48,823 nucleotides of DNA from Promethearchaeota archaeon (GCA_013375475.1 JABXKD010000018.1:306-49128), one strand, 5' to 3'. Numbered from the stretch's first letter, positions 1 through 10,462 are shown. Program-made: numbers and translations. Notes: a model not told the origin generated them from the letters alone.

Positions 1-1921
1 ATTCCATTAGTGCTAATTCAGTCTGTCTTCTTTCTGTAATATCTCGAGAAATAAATAAATATTTTAGTTTACCTTGCTCATCCTTGAACATCTTGGTTTT
101 AACTTCAAACCACAAATAATAACCCTTCTTATGTCGCATCCTTGATACATGAATCTCCTCCTTATGCTTGAATAAATTCAGCATATATCTTCTTAATTTA
201 GGATAATCTTCAGGAAGAAATAATTTTGTATCAAAACTTCCAATTAAATCATCACGAGAGTATCCTAGTACTTGTTGATGAGTTTTTTCGTTCAAAAATT
301 CTATTTTAAAATCTTCAGAAAGCACTCTTATTAAATCGTTGGAATTTTCAGTGATTAGTCGGTATTTTTGCTCTGATTCTTTAAGAGCCTTTTCAGCTTT
401 TATTCTTTCTGTGACATCGCGGGATATCATCAAGTATTTTTGATTACCTTGTTCATCTGAAAACATTTTTGCTTTGTTCTCATACCAAATCCAGCTACCA
501 TTTTTATGTTGTACCCTAACAGTGTGTACATTTTCTCCATACTTGAATAATTTGAGCATAAAACGTCGAACTTTTTTATAGTCATCGGGATGGTTTACGC
601 GTATTGAATTCTCACCAAGAAATTCTTGCTTTGAATAACCTAATAAATTTTTGAGAGAAACTTCGTTTACATATTCGACTTTAAATTTGTCGTTTAAGAC
701 CCTTATCAAATCGTTAGAATTTTCTGTGATTAATCGGTAATTTTGCTCCGATTCTTTCAACTTTTGTTCAGCTAGCTTCTTATCAGTTATATCTTTTAAA
801 GTTGAAATAAATCCAATGACATTTCCCTCGTCATCACAATAATTTTTAGATGAACTTGAAAACCAAATGTAATCTCCATGCTTAGGCAGAATTCTAAATT
901 CAACTGATTTTTCAGTTAAGAATTTCTCTTTAATCGTAGTTTTGAAATAAGAAATCAATTTTTTAGTATCCTCTTTATGAATGTACTGAAAGAATCTACT
1001 ACTCATTCCAATTTCTCTCCCTTTCAACATCATTGATAATTGTGGTGAGTTGTATAATAATTTTCCATTAAAATCTATTATAACAATCGCCTCCTTCGTG
1101 TTTTCAATAATATTTTGAAATTCCTTTTCCGATTTCTTCAATTTTATTTCTGAAATCTTTCTGTCTGTTATATCTTTTACAATTGTTACTACTTGAACGA
1201 CTTTTTCTTCGTTAAAAATTGGAATCTTCCTTACTTCTGTGTAAATCGAATTTTCGTTAAGTTTTGTGAATTCTTCATTTATCACACTTTTTCCTGTTTC
1301 GAAAACACTACGATATTCTTCAATTACTTTTTCTGGTAAAAAAGGAAAAGCTTCGGAAATTTCCTTCCCAACTATATCCTGATTAATATTAAAATGATTT
1401 ACCCAATCTTTTAATGTATTATTGGTAAGAATAACTTTCAAATCTTCATCAATTACATGTATTGGATCTCCCATGGATTCAATTATAGTCCGATATTGAT
1501 GCTCCGAATCTTTTAGTTTTTGATCAGCAATTTTATTTTCTGTAATATCTCGAATCACTGCTATTAAATTTGTTTTTCCCTCATGATTGATGGTTCCACC
1601 TTTAGCAGAAACATACACATACCCGCCATTTTTGTGTTTTGCCCTGTATTCATATGATATATGTTTTTTATCTTTTATCACGGTTTTCATTAAATTCATT
1701 ACAGATAATATATCATCAGGGTGAATGAATTGAAATCCACTTTTTCCAAGGACTTCGTGAGGCTCATATCCAAACATTTGGTAACATTGAGGACTTACGT
1801 AGGTAAATTTGCCCTTTAAATCAATTTCCACGATTGTATCTCTAATATCGTTAATAATACTCTGGTAAATATCGTCAGGAACCTCAAGTGCTTTTTGTTC
1901 ATTTTTCTTATCTGAAATCAA
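1..1921 (-). CDS. Multi-PAS domain sensor protein, N-terminal part; ORF runs off the left edge
   Basis: Hand translation from TTG at 1921 gives ISDKKNEQKALEVPDDIYQSIINDIRDTIVEIDLKGKFTYVSPQCYQMFGYEPHEVLGKSGFQFIHPDD. About five PAS-PAC units end in D(I/V)T motifs, and the frame is the same at both ends. Absent from the ORF track, presumably because there is no stop in the window. Confidence 0.85.
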   Translation of the reverse strand, partial: MISDKKNEQKALEVPDDIYQSIINDIRDTIVEIDLKGKFTYVSPQCYQMFGYEPHEVLGKSGFQFIHPDDILSVMNLMKTVIKDKKHISYEYRAKHKNGGYVYVSAKGGTINHEGKTNLIAVIRDITENKIADQKLKDSEHQYRTIIESMGDPIHVIDEDLKVILTNNTLKDWVNHFNINQDIVGKEISEAFPFLPEKVIEEYRSVFETGKSVINEEFTKLNENSIYTEVRKIPIFNEEKVVQVVTIVKDITDRKISEIKLKKSEKEFQNIIENTKEAIVIIDFNGKLLYNSPQLSMMLKGREIGMSSRFFQYIHKEDTKKLISYFKTTIKEKFLTEKSVEFRILPKHGDYIWFSSSSKNYCDDEGNVIGFISTLKDITDKKLAEQKLKESEQNYRLITENSNDLIRVLNDKFKVEYVNEVSLKNLLGYSKQEFLGENSIRVNHPDDYKKVRRFMLKLFKYGENVHTVRVQHKNGSWIWYENKAKMFSDEQGNQKYLMISRDVTERIKAEKALKESEQKYRLITENSNDLIRVLSEDFKIEFLNEKTHQQVLGYSRDDLIGSFDTKLFLPEDYPKLRRYMLNLFKHKEEIHVSRMRHKKGYYLWFEVKTKMFKDEQGKLKYLFISRDITERRQTELALME

Positions 1922-2189
1922 TCTCAACAAACCCCATTATTTTAAGTTAAAAATATAATAAATTATATTTCTACGAGTAAATTTTTATCTAAAGAAGTAA
2001 TAATTAAAAATCGTTGAAAAATCTAATTAATTCTCCTTATAGTAAATCTAATTTAAGCAGATTTTAACTATATTCAAAAAAAGTGCTTGTTCGTTAATTT
2101 GATACGGAACTATTTTATTAAAAAAGCTACATCAATAGATAAAAATTTATTTGCGAATCGTCATTAATAAATAGTAATTCTCAATTTTT

Positions 2190-2260
2190 GCGCTTGTAGT
2201 AAAGTGGTATTATACCAGGTTCCCAACCTGGTGTCCCGGGTTCAATTCCCGGCAGGCGCA
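2190..2260 (+). tRNA. tRNA-Gly (CCC)
   Basis: Acceptor stem GCGCTTG/CAGGCGC plus A, anticodon arm CCAGG-TTCCCAA-CCTGG, T arm CCGGG-TTCAATT-CCCGG. No encoded CCA and no intron. Confidence 0.97.
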
Positions 2261-2275
2261 TTTAACTTTTTAAGC

Positions 2276-4465
2276 TTACCAAGAAAGTCCTTTAATAAAT
2301 CGAAGATCATTAATTAATTTGTTAGCTTCATGTGTAGGAACTTCAAGAAAGGCGTGAAATGTATTTTGCCAGAACGCTCGTCCCGATGTACTGGAGCGAA
2401 TATCTTCCGCAAACTTAATTGAATTTCTTACGGGAATAAGGATATCGATAATTGCTTGGTAATCTTTTTCTTGATCAACATTTTTAATTTTAGCAGAATA
2501 TTTCGAGAGAAGGGAAAGCGCATTTTTAATATAATCTGGTGGTATTTGAATAATGGTATGATATATCGGTTCAAGAAGGATTAGTTCGGCTTGATTTAAA
2601 GCCATTTTGATGGCATCGTAGAACATTGTGGATAATTCATTAAAGGAGTTTTCTTCATCTAACTTTACAATTTTTAACTCTTCAATTTTAATTTTTATTC
2701 CTGTGAGTTTTTCCCCACATAAAAATCCACTAGAAAGAATCTTTCCAATAACTTCAGTAATTATTTCCTTGTAGCCTTGGTTCAGATCTTCATTCAGATT
2801 GTAAATCACAATATTGTCATTGTCATAGTACATCCAAAAGTCTTGAATTTCGGTCTCTGTTAAATTAGTATATTCTTTCAATAATTCCTTTAATCTTGCT
2901 TTGGGTTTAATTGCTTTATAATCATGAGTTTGAAAAAACTTGGCTGTTTTTTCATTTAATCTCTCTAGTTTAATTTTAAGAGAGTTTTTATAGATCGGCG
3001 ATTCAATAGATACTATAGATGAACTATGTCTACAAGATTCTTTAAAAACTGCACGAGGGGCCGATATTGAAACGTTAATACCTCGTTTCTCAATCTCGTT
3101 TGCAGTTATTTCTAAATGTAATGGTCCCACACCAGATAGCAAAAATTCGCCATTTTCTTCGTTAATTTCGAATCTTAAATTTGGGTCTTCGATCAATAAG
3201 TCTTCAATCAATTCTTTCATTTTATCTAATTCTCGTAAATATTCGGGTTCGATTGAAACTGTGACAACGGGTGTAGACATATATTTAACATCTTCAAAGG
3301 GGATCATCTCGCCTGCAAATTCTGTGTCTATAATCGTCTCACCACTTTGAATTCGTTTCAATCCTTCGATTGCTACAATGTTTCCAACCGGTACATATTC
3401 GACTTGTTCTCTCCTCTGCCCCATAAATATAGCCGTTTTTCTAATCGTGTCAGTATTATTTTCTCTTAATAAGAATACTTCCTTTTTCATAGAACACTTC
3501 CCAGAAAAAATCCTTCCAGTTCCGACTAAACTATGTTTATCTGCTTGTACTTTACTTAAGCAAATAATTAGAGGTCCCTCAGGATCACAATTGATCATTG
3601 CTTTTCCTATTTCTGAATTTAAATCCCCATCCCATATTTTACCAATTCTATATTTCTGTGCTTCTATAGGGTTGGGAAGGTGATCAACAACCATCTCTAA
3701 AATGGCGTGATGAACCGGAAAATAAAGCGCTAAATCAGAGTAACTTTCTTTAGTGTAAGTCTCTTTTTTATATCGGGCTCTAATATCTGAAAACTTTAAA
3801 TCATTGTTCTCTAAAAGATTTAGTGTAAAGCCCCACTTGTGGAGGGCTGAACCGAATGCGACGTTTCCATCTGCAGGAGATACTTGCCATTCTGTTTTAA
3901 ACGGTTTATCTGCATACCTTTTAACAAGCGTATTAAAATCTTTAATGATACGAGTATATTTCTTTCTTATTTGATCGTCTGTTAACTTTAATTCCCTGAT
4001 AAGACGATCTACTTTGTTAATATAAAGCACAGGCTTTACACCTTCTTGAAGAGCTTGTTTGATTACAGTCTCAGATTGAGTAATTATCTCCTCTACAGCG
4101 TCAACAACAACTATTACACCATCAATTAATCTTAAAGCTCGAGTAACTTTCCCACTAAAATCTAAGTGACCGGGTGTATCAACAAGGTTTATTAGAAAAG
4201 GATCGTGAGTTTCAAGTGATTTTTCGTAATATAACGAAATGTTGGTAGATTTCATTGTAATCCCACGCTTTTGTTCTTCCTCTAAATAATCTAAAGCACG
4301 CGCCTCACCTGCTAAATCTGGTGATAATAATCCTGCTTCACTTAAAAGCGAATCTGATAGCGTAGTTTTACCGTGATCTATATGTCCGACAAAACCAATG
4401 TTTCTAATATTCTCAGTTTTTTCCATCATATTCAGAATTTCTGAGATCTCCTTTCTACGAGGCAT
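2276..4465 (-). CDS. Elongation factor 2 paralog (aEF-2p type) lacking the diphthamide HRG motif
   Basis: Intact G motifs GHIDHGKTT, RGIT, DTPGH and NKVD, with EF-G/EF-2 domain layout. The domain IV loop reads KIVKLDEENSFNEL instead of the canonical ..DAIHRG.. Confidence 0.9.
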   Translation of the reverse strand: MPRRKEISEILNMMEKTENIRNIGFVGHIDHGKTTLSDSLLSEAGLLSPDLAGEARALDYLEEEQKRGITMKSTNISLYYEKSLETHDPFLINLVDTPGHLDFSGKVTRALRLIDGVIVVVDAVEEIITQSETVIKQALQEGVKPVLYINKVDRLIRELKLTDDQIRKKYTRIIKDFNTLVKRYADKPFKTEWQVSPADGNVAFGSALHKWGFTLNLLENNDLKFSDIRARYKKETYTKESYSDLALYFPVHHAILEMVVDHLPNPIEAQKYRIGKIWDGDLNSEIGKAMINCDPEGPLIICLSKVQADKHSLVGTGRIFSGKCSMKKEVFLLRENNTDTIRKTAIFMGQRREQVEYVPVGNIVAIEGLKRIQSGETIIDTEFAGEMIPFEDVKYMSTPVVTVSIEPEYLRELDKMKELIEDLLIEDPNLRFEINEENGEFLLSGVGPLHLEITANEIEKRGINVSISAPRAVFKESCRHSSSIVSIESPIYKNSLKIKLERLNEKTAKFFQTHDYKAIKPKARLKELLKEYTNLTETEIQDFWMYYDNDNIVIYNLNEDLNQGYKEIITEVIGKILSSGFLCGEKLTGIKIKIEELKIVKLDEENSFNELSTMFYDAIKMALNQAELILLEPIYHTIIQIPPDYIKNALSLLSKYSAKIKNVDQEKDYQAIIDILIPVRNSIKFAEDIRSSTSGRAFWQNTFHAFLEVPTHEANKLINDLRFIKGLSW

Positions 4466-4557
4466 CTTTACTTTTTTCTCTTGTAAAATGATAATTTTAT
4501 ATTATTTAACCATGATTGATTTGATTAAAATTTAAGGATTATTTGAAATTAATAGGA

Positions 4558-4663
4558 GCGGGAAATGAAAAATCTCATTACTCAAGATCTTCTTCATTAA
4601 GTTAAGCAGACGCTTAACTCGTCAGGTGGGTCAGAGAATTCATTGAAAATATCTATCTCCCGC
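4558..4663 (-). ncRNA. Candidate box C/D guide sRNA; predicted target tRNA-Leu(CAA) C34
   Basis: Terminal stem GCGGGAGAU/AUUUCCCGC; C-like AUGAAUU; 11-nt guide; D' CUGA; hairpin GUUAAGC-GUCU-GCUUAAC; C' AUGAAGA; 12-nt guide AGAUCUUGAGUA; D-like AUGA. Confidence 0.7.
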
Positions 4664-4681
4664 ATAATTAACTAATTACTA

Positions 4682-5317
4682 TTATAAATTTACATCGCCA
4701 TCTACTATAACAAGTCTACCAGCAATGCTCAATTTTTTATCACAAAACAATTCAATTGCCTTTGGGAAGATTTTATGCTCCCATTCTAATACTCGTGATC
4801 CTAAAGTAGCCTCTGTGTCTGTATCATATACCGGAACACATTTTTGAATAATAATTGGTCCATGATCCGATTCAACATCAACGAAATGAACTGTGCATCC
4901 AGAAACTTTTGCTCCGTATTCTAATACATCTCTATGTGCATGCAACCCTTTAAATGCGGGTAGTAGAGCAGGATGAATGTTCATTATGTTCCCATTAAAT
5001 GCATTGATAAGGTTCTTGCTTATTAACCTCATATATCCTACTAAGACTATTAAATCACAATTATATTTTTTCAAAACTTTTATCATCCTTTCATCGTATT
5101 CCTCTCTTGGGAGGTGAAGAAACTTATCAGATTCAATTAATTCATACGGAATATTGTGATTTTTTGCTCGTTCCATGCAAAATGCGCCAGCTTTATTACA
5201 AATAAGTACTTCCACACTTGCTTTAGTTTTTAAAATGCCATCTTCACATGACTTTATGATAGCTTCTAAATTTGAACCAGAACCACTAGCGATCGCGCCA
5301 ATTTTTAATTTTGCCAT
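4682..5317 (-). CDS. purN: Phosphoribosylglycinamide formyltransferase
   Basis: SGSGSNL, GYMR, NIHPALLPAFKG, GCTVHFV..D.GPII and EHKIFP motifs. Confidence 0.95.
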   Translation of the reverse strand: MAKLKIGAIASGSGSNLEAIIKSCEDGILKTKASVEVLICNKAGAFCMERAKNHNIPYELIESDKFLHLPREEYDERMIKVLKKYNCDLIVLVGYMRLISKNLINAFNGNIMNIHPALLPAFKGLHAHRDVLEYGAKVSGCTVHFVDVESDHGPIIIQKCVPVYDTDTEATLGSRVLEWEHKIFPKAIELFCDKKLSIAGRLVIVDGDVNL

Positions 5318-5679
5318 GGTTGTTACTAACTCTCTTTTTTTAAAAATAAATTTATGAAATTAAATATTAGATATACAATTTAACACATTCTATAATGAAA
5401 ATGTTTTTATTTGATTAATTTATATATTATATAGAAATTAGAATTAATTCATTCTTAAATTTAATCTCTGGTATTAGTATTAATATCTAAGAATTATTCT
5501 ATTTGTTTTAAACCATAATTTAAAGAACTAAAATAACTATGTAGATAATTTTAAAGGAGATTGTAATTATTTTATTACAATTAATTCAATCCGACAATCA
5601 GATTATAACATAACAATCTAAGGGTTAATTGCTTTTATTCAAGAAATTAAATTAGAATTATACAGAAAATTGAGAATAT

Positions 5680-7590
5680 ATGAGTTTTGAAGGAGAATTA
5701 CAAAGAATTAAAGAAGAAATTATCAAATATCTCCCACCTGAGATAGAGGTAAAAAAAATTGAGTTTGAGGGTCCAGAAATAGCAGTTTATTCTGAAAATA
5801 CTAATCTAGAATCAATAGAAAGTTCAGAAGTGTTAAAGGAACTCGCAAAATCTATGAGGAAAAGGGTAGTTTTTCGGTGGAATGTAGAAAAAAGGAAAGA
5901 TCCATCTGAGACAGAAGATTATATTAGAAATTTAATTAGTGAAGATGCGGAAATTTCAGAGATTGAGTTCGATCATACCCGTGGCGAGGTAATTATAGAA
6001 TCGGGCAAGCCTGGATTAGTAATTGGCAAGAAAGGAGTGAATTTAAAAGAGATTAGGATGAATACTTTTTGGCAGCCAAAGACCATTAGAACCCCTCCAT
6101 TAGCTTCAAGAACTATTAGTTTAATTAGACAAATGTTGACCAAAGAACGACAGAATCAAAAAGATATTCTTCTTAATATTGGAAAGAGAATTCACAGACC
6201 TGCTCTTTTTAACGATTTAGACATTCGTTTAACTTCATTAGGAGGTTTTAGGGAGGTTGGCAGGTCATGTATTTTAATGCAAACAAAAGACAGTAATGTT
6301 CTGTTAGATTGTGGTTTGAATATTGGAAACAAGAATGATCAGTTTCCATACTTTGATGTTCCAGAATTCTCAATAAGAGATTTGGACGCCGTTATTATAT
6401 CTCACGCTCACTTGGATCATTGTGGTATGGTTCCGTATTTATTTAAGTATGGATATAGAGGGCCAGTATATTGCACCCTTCCCACTCGCAATCTTTCAAC
6501 CATGTTACAGTTGGATTTTGTCCAGATATGTGAAAAAGAGGGTGTTCCAATGCCCTATTCAAAAATGGATGTAAAAAATACGGTACTTCATACGATACCT
6601 CTTTCGTGGGGGAAAGTTACGGATATCGCTCCAGATATTAAATTGACTCTTCACAATTCCGGACACATACTAGGCTCTTCACTTGTTCATCTACATTTTG
6701 GGAAAGGTGGATTTAACTTTATTTACACGGGCGATATGAAGTACCAAAAGACTCGATTGCTCGAAAAAGCTGCTGTGAAATTCCCTAGGGTTGAAGCTCT
6801 GCTTGTAGAATCTACTTATGGCGGACCGCAAGATAGAATTCCCAGTAGGCAAGATTCCGAGAGAGAACTTAGACAAATTTTAACCTCAACGATTAGGCGT
6901 GGCGGTAAAGTTCTTATCCCTGTGTTAGCAGTAGGTAGGGCACAGGAGCTCATAATTGTCTTGGAGGAACTCATTTCTAAGGGTATCATTGATCAAGTTC
7001 CTATTTTTCTAGATGGTTTGATCTCAGAAGCGACTGCGATCCACACCGCAAATCCTGATTTTCTTAGCTCTGATTTAAGAGAAAAGATATTACACCAAGG
7101 AAAAAATCCTTTTTTGAGTGAATTCTTTACTACAGTCTCAGGTCACGATGAAAGAAACGATGTTATTATGGGTGGACCTTGTATAATTTTGGCGACGAGC
7201 GGTATGTTAATTGGTGGCCCATCAGTGCAGTACTTAAAAGCTTTAGCAGAAGACAAAAACAACTCTCTAATTTTCGTGTCTTATCAAGTGAACGGCACTT
7301 TGGGTTCAAGAATACAACGTGGATTCCGTGAAATTCAATACACGAACCCTAAAGGGAGAACTCAACTCGTAAGATTAAACTTAAATGTGTTTACGCTAGA
7401 AGGATTTAGCGGTCACTCCTCAAGAAGTCAAATATCTCAATTCTTACGCAGAATTCAACCCAAACCAAAGTTGATTATAACAAACCATGGAGAAGAAAGT
7501 AAATGCGTTAGTTTATCAACAATGATTCATAAAAAATTAAGAAAAGCAACCAAGAGTCCTAAAAACAGAGAGACTATACTCTTAAAATAG
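5680..7590 (+). CDS. KH-domain beta-CASP ribonuclease aCPSF1 (FttA transcription termination factor)
   Basis: N-terminal KH domains (KPGLVIGKKG), GGFREVGRS, SHAHLDH, GHILGS, ESTYGG, FSGHS and NHGE motifs; 636 aa. Confidence 0.95.
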   Translation: MSFEGELQRIKEEIIKYLPPEIEVKKIEFEGPEIAVYSENTNLESIESSEVLKELAKSMRKRVVFRWNVEKRKDPSETEDYIRNLISEDAEISEIEFDHTRGEVIIESGKPGLVIGKKGVNLKEIRMNTFWQPKTIRTPPLASRTISLIRQMLTKERQNQKDILLNIGKRIHRPALFNDLDIRLTSLGGFREVGRSCILMQTKDSNVLLDCGLNIGNKNDQFPYFDVPEFSIRDLDAVIISHAHLDHCGMVPYLFKYGYRGPVYCTLPTRNLSTMLQLDFVQICEKEGVPMPYSKMDVKNTVLHTIPLSWGKVTDIAPDIKLTLHNSGHILGSSLVHLHFGKGGFNFIYTGDMKYQKTRLLEKAAVKFPRVEALLVESTYGGPQDRIPSRQDSERELRQILTSTIRRGGKVLIPVLAVGRAQELIIVLEELISKGIIDQVPIFLDGLISEATAIHTANPDFLSSDLREKILHQGKNPFLSEFFTTVSGHDERNDVIMGGPCIILATSGMLIGGPSVQYLKALAEDKNNSLIFVSYQVNGTLGSRIQRGFREIQYTNPKGRTQLVRLNLNVFTLEGFSGHSSRSQISQFLRRIQPKPKLIITNHGEESKCVSLSTMIHKKLRKATKSPKNRETILLK

Positions 7591-7726
7591 AATTTTTTTA
7601 TTCTATTATCTCCTGTATTCATTCTAAGAACTTTTCATTAATTTCGTTGATACACCTCTTTTTTAAAATTTAGGATAAATTTTAAGTATAGATTAAAGAT
7701 AATTTTATTTCAATAGAGATGATTTT

Positions 7727-8161
7727 ATGCCAATAATTGAACTAAAAAAAGAGATACCGTCACCAGTGGAAACAATTTATGAGGTTTTGAACAATTATCT
7801 AGCTTTACCCAGATGGAATATTATAGTGACTGAATGCACTCAACTTGAATCTAAAAAATATTTCTTAAAAACGAATGTCGGTGATATAACAAATATAGAA
7901 ATTGAGAATATTCCCAATGAAAAGATGACATCCATTCAAGAAGGAAGTCCTATGCAAAAAATAGGGTACATATTCGAACCTAAAGGTGATACAACCTTAG
8001 TTACTCTCTGGACTGAATTTGAGTTAGATGACCAAAAAGAAATCATGGAGATGGCTGGAGACTTATTTTTAAAAAGTTTAACGGTATATATTGACTATCT
8101 TAAGGCTGGTGGAAATCCAGAAGAATACAAAAAATCATTTAGTAAAATCAAAAAAGCATAA
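7727..8161 (+). CDS. SRPBCC/START-like family protein
   Basis: PVETIYEVL..Y..LPRWN N-terminal pattern, beta-rich core and C-terminal helix. Confidence 0.65.
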   Translation: MPIIELKKEIPSPVETIYEVLNNYLALPRWNIIVTECTQLESKKYFLKTNVGDITNIEIENIPNEKMTSIQEGSPMQKIGYIFEPKGDTTLVTLWTEFELDDQKEIMEMAGDLFLKSLTVYIDYLKAGGNPEEYKKSFSKIKKA

Positions 8162-8263
8162 CCATAATATCTTCACATTTTTTTTATTTCACCTTTATTG
8201 GTTTCCGTTTGAGAAGATCAATTTTTTTAACCAGCAATTATTTATTAATTTAAAATTTAACGT

Positions 8264-9214
8264 GTGATATCTTTGAGATTTAAAAGATTAAAGATAAGAA
8301 AAAATTCTATCAAAATTAGCCGTAGGATAATTCAGATATTTGCGTTTTTACTAATAAATTACATTATTCTTGAAACAATTTTACCTATTAATCTTATAAG
8401 TTTAGAAGGAATTGTTAAAGTTTTACCCATTTTAAACTCGCCAAGAAATCCTCTTTCTAATGGAGCAGGAATTCTAGAGTATATTTTCTTTTCCATGGGA
8501 CTAGGTATCTTTCCATTTCTTCTTTTAGCTATATTAATTTTAGTTCTATTATTTACAAATCGAGTATTTTGTGGTTGGATATGTCCGATTGGTTCAATTC
8601 AGGATTTATGTGCTGCAGTACCCACAAAAAAAAGAAAATTTAGTATATCAACTCACAAAAGACTTCTCAATATTAAATATATTTTTATAATTATTACGAT
8701 AATTATTATCTTTCCCTTAGGTATTACTAAAAATGCAAATTTCCCATTTTACATCGATTTTAAAAACCAATTAGGCATATTCGCTGACCAACCAATAGGA
8801 TTTTTCTCTTTATCGGAATTTATTTTTGTATATTTCCCCCAATTATTTCAAAATGTTTTCTTACCCGTACAACTTGGCGCTTTAGAATTCGGAGGCTGGA
8901 TCATCTTGATTTCTTATTCTTTAATTATTGTTCTATCGTTTTGGTATCCACGTATTTATTGTAGATATATTTGTCCATTCGCCGCAGTTTCCTCAGCAGT
9001 TACGGAATACTCATTTTTAAAATTAGCTAGGAACCCTGTAAAATGTGTAGGTAGGTCTGAATGTGGTATTTGTGAAGAAGTGTGTCCAAAACAAATAAGA
9101 ATACTGGACGAACCCTTTGAGTTCTTCACAGGGAAGGGGGAATGTAATCTGTGTCTAGAATGCAAGGAGAAATGTCCTCACGACGCGGTTTTAATTAAGT
9201 TTGGAAATGTATAA
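8264..9214 (+). CDS. Membrane polyferredoxin, NapH/MauN-like 4Fe-4S binding protein
   Basis: TM helices, RVFCGWICPIG and RIYCRYICPF motifs, two C-terminal ferredoxin Cys clusters. True start may be the TTG at 8273. Confidence 0.85.
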   Translation: MISLRFKRLKIRKNSIKISRRIIQIFAFLLINYIILETILPINLISLEGIVKVLPILNSPRNPLSNGAGILEYIFFSMGLGIFPFLLLAILILVLLFTNRVFCGWICPIGSIQDLCAAVPTKKRKFSISTHKRLLNIKYIFIIITIIIIFPLGITKNANFPFYIDFKNQLGIFADQPIGFFSLSEFIFVYFPQLFQNVFLPVQLGALEFGGWIILISYSLIIVLSFWYPRIYCRYICPFAAVSSAVTEYSFLKLARNPVKCVGRSECGICEEVCPKQIRILDEPFEFFTGKGECNLCLECKEKCPHDAVLIKFGNV

Positions 9215-9256
9215 TGTATTCATTATTTTTCTATTCAAATACAAGTGATATAGTGC

Positions 9257-10462
9257 GTGGATTCTAAAAATCTTAAAATATATACATTACACATGAGAAG
9301 AGATTCTGATATAGGAGATAAAGCTATATCCGATTCTCAAGCAATAAGGTATTACGAAGAAGATGAAGAATCTAATATTGATATTCGACCCGCTTTTTTT
9401 AGAGATGTAGATCGCATCGTCCATAGTAAAGCATATGCGCGCTATATAGATAAAACCCAAGTTTTTTTTGGGATTAACAATGCGAACATTACTCATCGTT
9501 CTTTACATGTTGTTTTAGTATCCCGGATTGCCCGCCAAATAGGTCGAATTTTAAAATTTAACACTGACTTAATTGAAGCAATAGCTTTGAGTCACGATGT
9601 AGGACATTCCCCATTTGGACATTTAGGTGAAGCGATATTAAATGAAATAAGTTTAAAAAACAATATGGGTGTTTTTAACCACAACGCTCAAGGCGTAAGG
9701 TGGTTATCTTATCTTGAAAAAAGATTTCCTGATAAACCGGCAAAAGGTTTAAACCTAACCCTCCAAGTGTTAGACGGGGTCCTTTGTCACGATGGGGAAG
9801 TTAACGAAAAAGACCTAAAACCTGTATCAATAAATGGAAAAAGTTGGGAAGATCACTTTGCAGAATACAAAGAAAGTTTTAAGGCAAATAATATTAAAAG
9901 AATCCCCATGTCATTTGAAGCAATAGCTGTGAGATTTGCAGATTCTATTGCTTATATTGGGAGAGATATTGAAGACGCAATACTATTGAAGTTAATTAAA
10001 AGATCAGATATCCCAAAAAGTTGCAGAGAAGTACTTGGTGATACTAATCGAAAAATCATGAAAACCCTAATTATGGATTTGTTGAATACTAGTTTACATA
10101 ACGATGAAATAGGGTACAGCGAACCGATATTTAATGCTTTTAAAGAATTAAAAAAATTTAACTATGACCGTATATACAGCCGCCGTGATATGTACAAAAC
10201 CGAAGATTCAAAGACTTCTTTCCTAGAGAATTTAACTCAAGAGTTTGAACTAATCTTCCAGAGATCTTTAGAAAATTTAGAAAAAGAAAACTTGAATGCT
10301 CCTATTTTTAGAGATCATATTGAATACATAGATGATGAGAAATATTCTACTTATTATAAACCAAATAAAGAACAGGATAATCTGGCATTAATAGTTCGTG
10401 ATTATATTGCTGGAATGAGCGATAAATATTTTCATGAAGTTTTCACAATGTTAAATTCTTAA
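9257..10462 (+). CDS. HD-domain dGTP triphosphohydrolase-like protein
   Basis: FFRDVDRIVHSKAY, KTQVF, HRSLH, HDVGHSPFGHLGE, ADSIAY..DIEDA and DYIAGMSD motifs. Confidence 0.9.
   Translation: MDSKNLKIYTLHMRRDSDIGDKAISDSQAIRYYEEDEESNIDIRPAFFRDVDRIVHSKAYARYIDKTQVFFGINNANITHRSLHVVLVSRIARQIGRILKFNTDLIEAIALSHDVGHSPFGHLGEAILNEISLKNNMGVFNHNAQGVRWLSYLEKRFPDKPAKGLNLTLQVLDGVLCHDGEVNEKDLKPVSINGKSWEDHFAEYKESFKANNIKRIPMSFEAIAVRFADSIAYIGRDIEDAILLKLIKRSDIPKSCREVLGDTNRKIMKTLIMDLLNTSLHNDEIGYSEPIFNAFKELKKFNYDRIYSRRDMYKTEDSKTSFLENLTQEFELIFQRSLENLEKENLNAPIFRDHIEYIDDEKYSTYYKPNKEQDNLALIVRDYIAGMSDKYFHEVFTMLNS

Noticed and set aside
4590-4626. Hammerhead ribozyme (CUGACGA followed by a stem, minus strand)
   Set aside because: The stem is not followed by GAAA and no stem I/III with a cleavage triplet is present; the C/D model explains it better.
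4597-4665. 22-codon minus-strand ORF MREIDIFNEFSDPPDELSVCLT
   Set aside because: No SD or motif, and it coincides with the structured RNA candidate.
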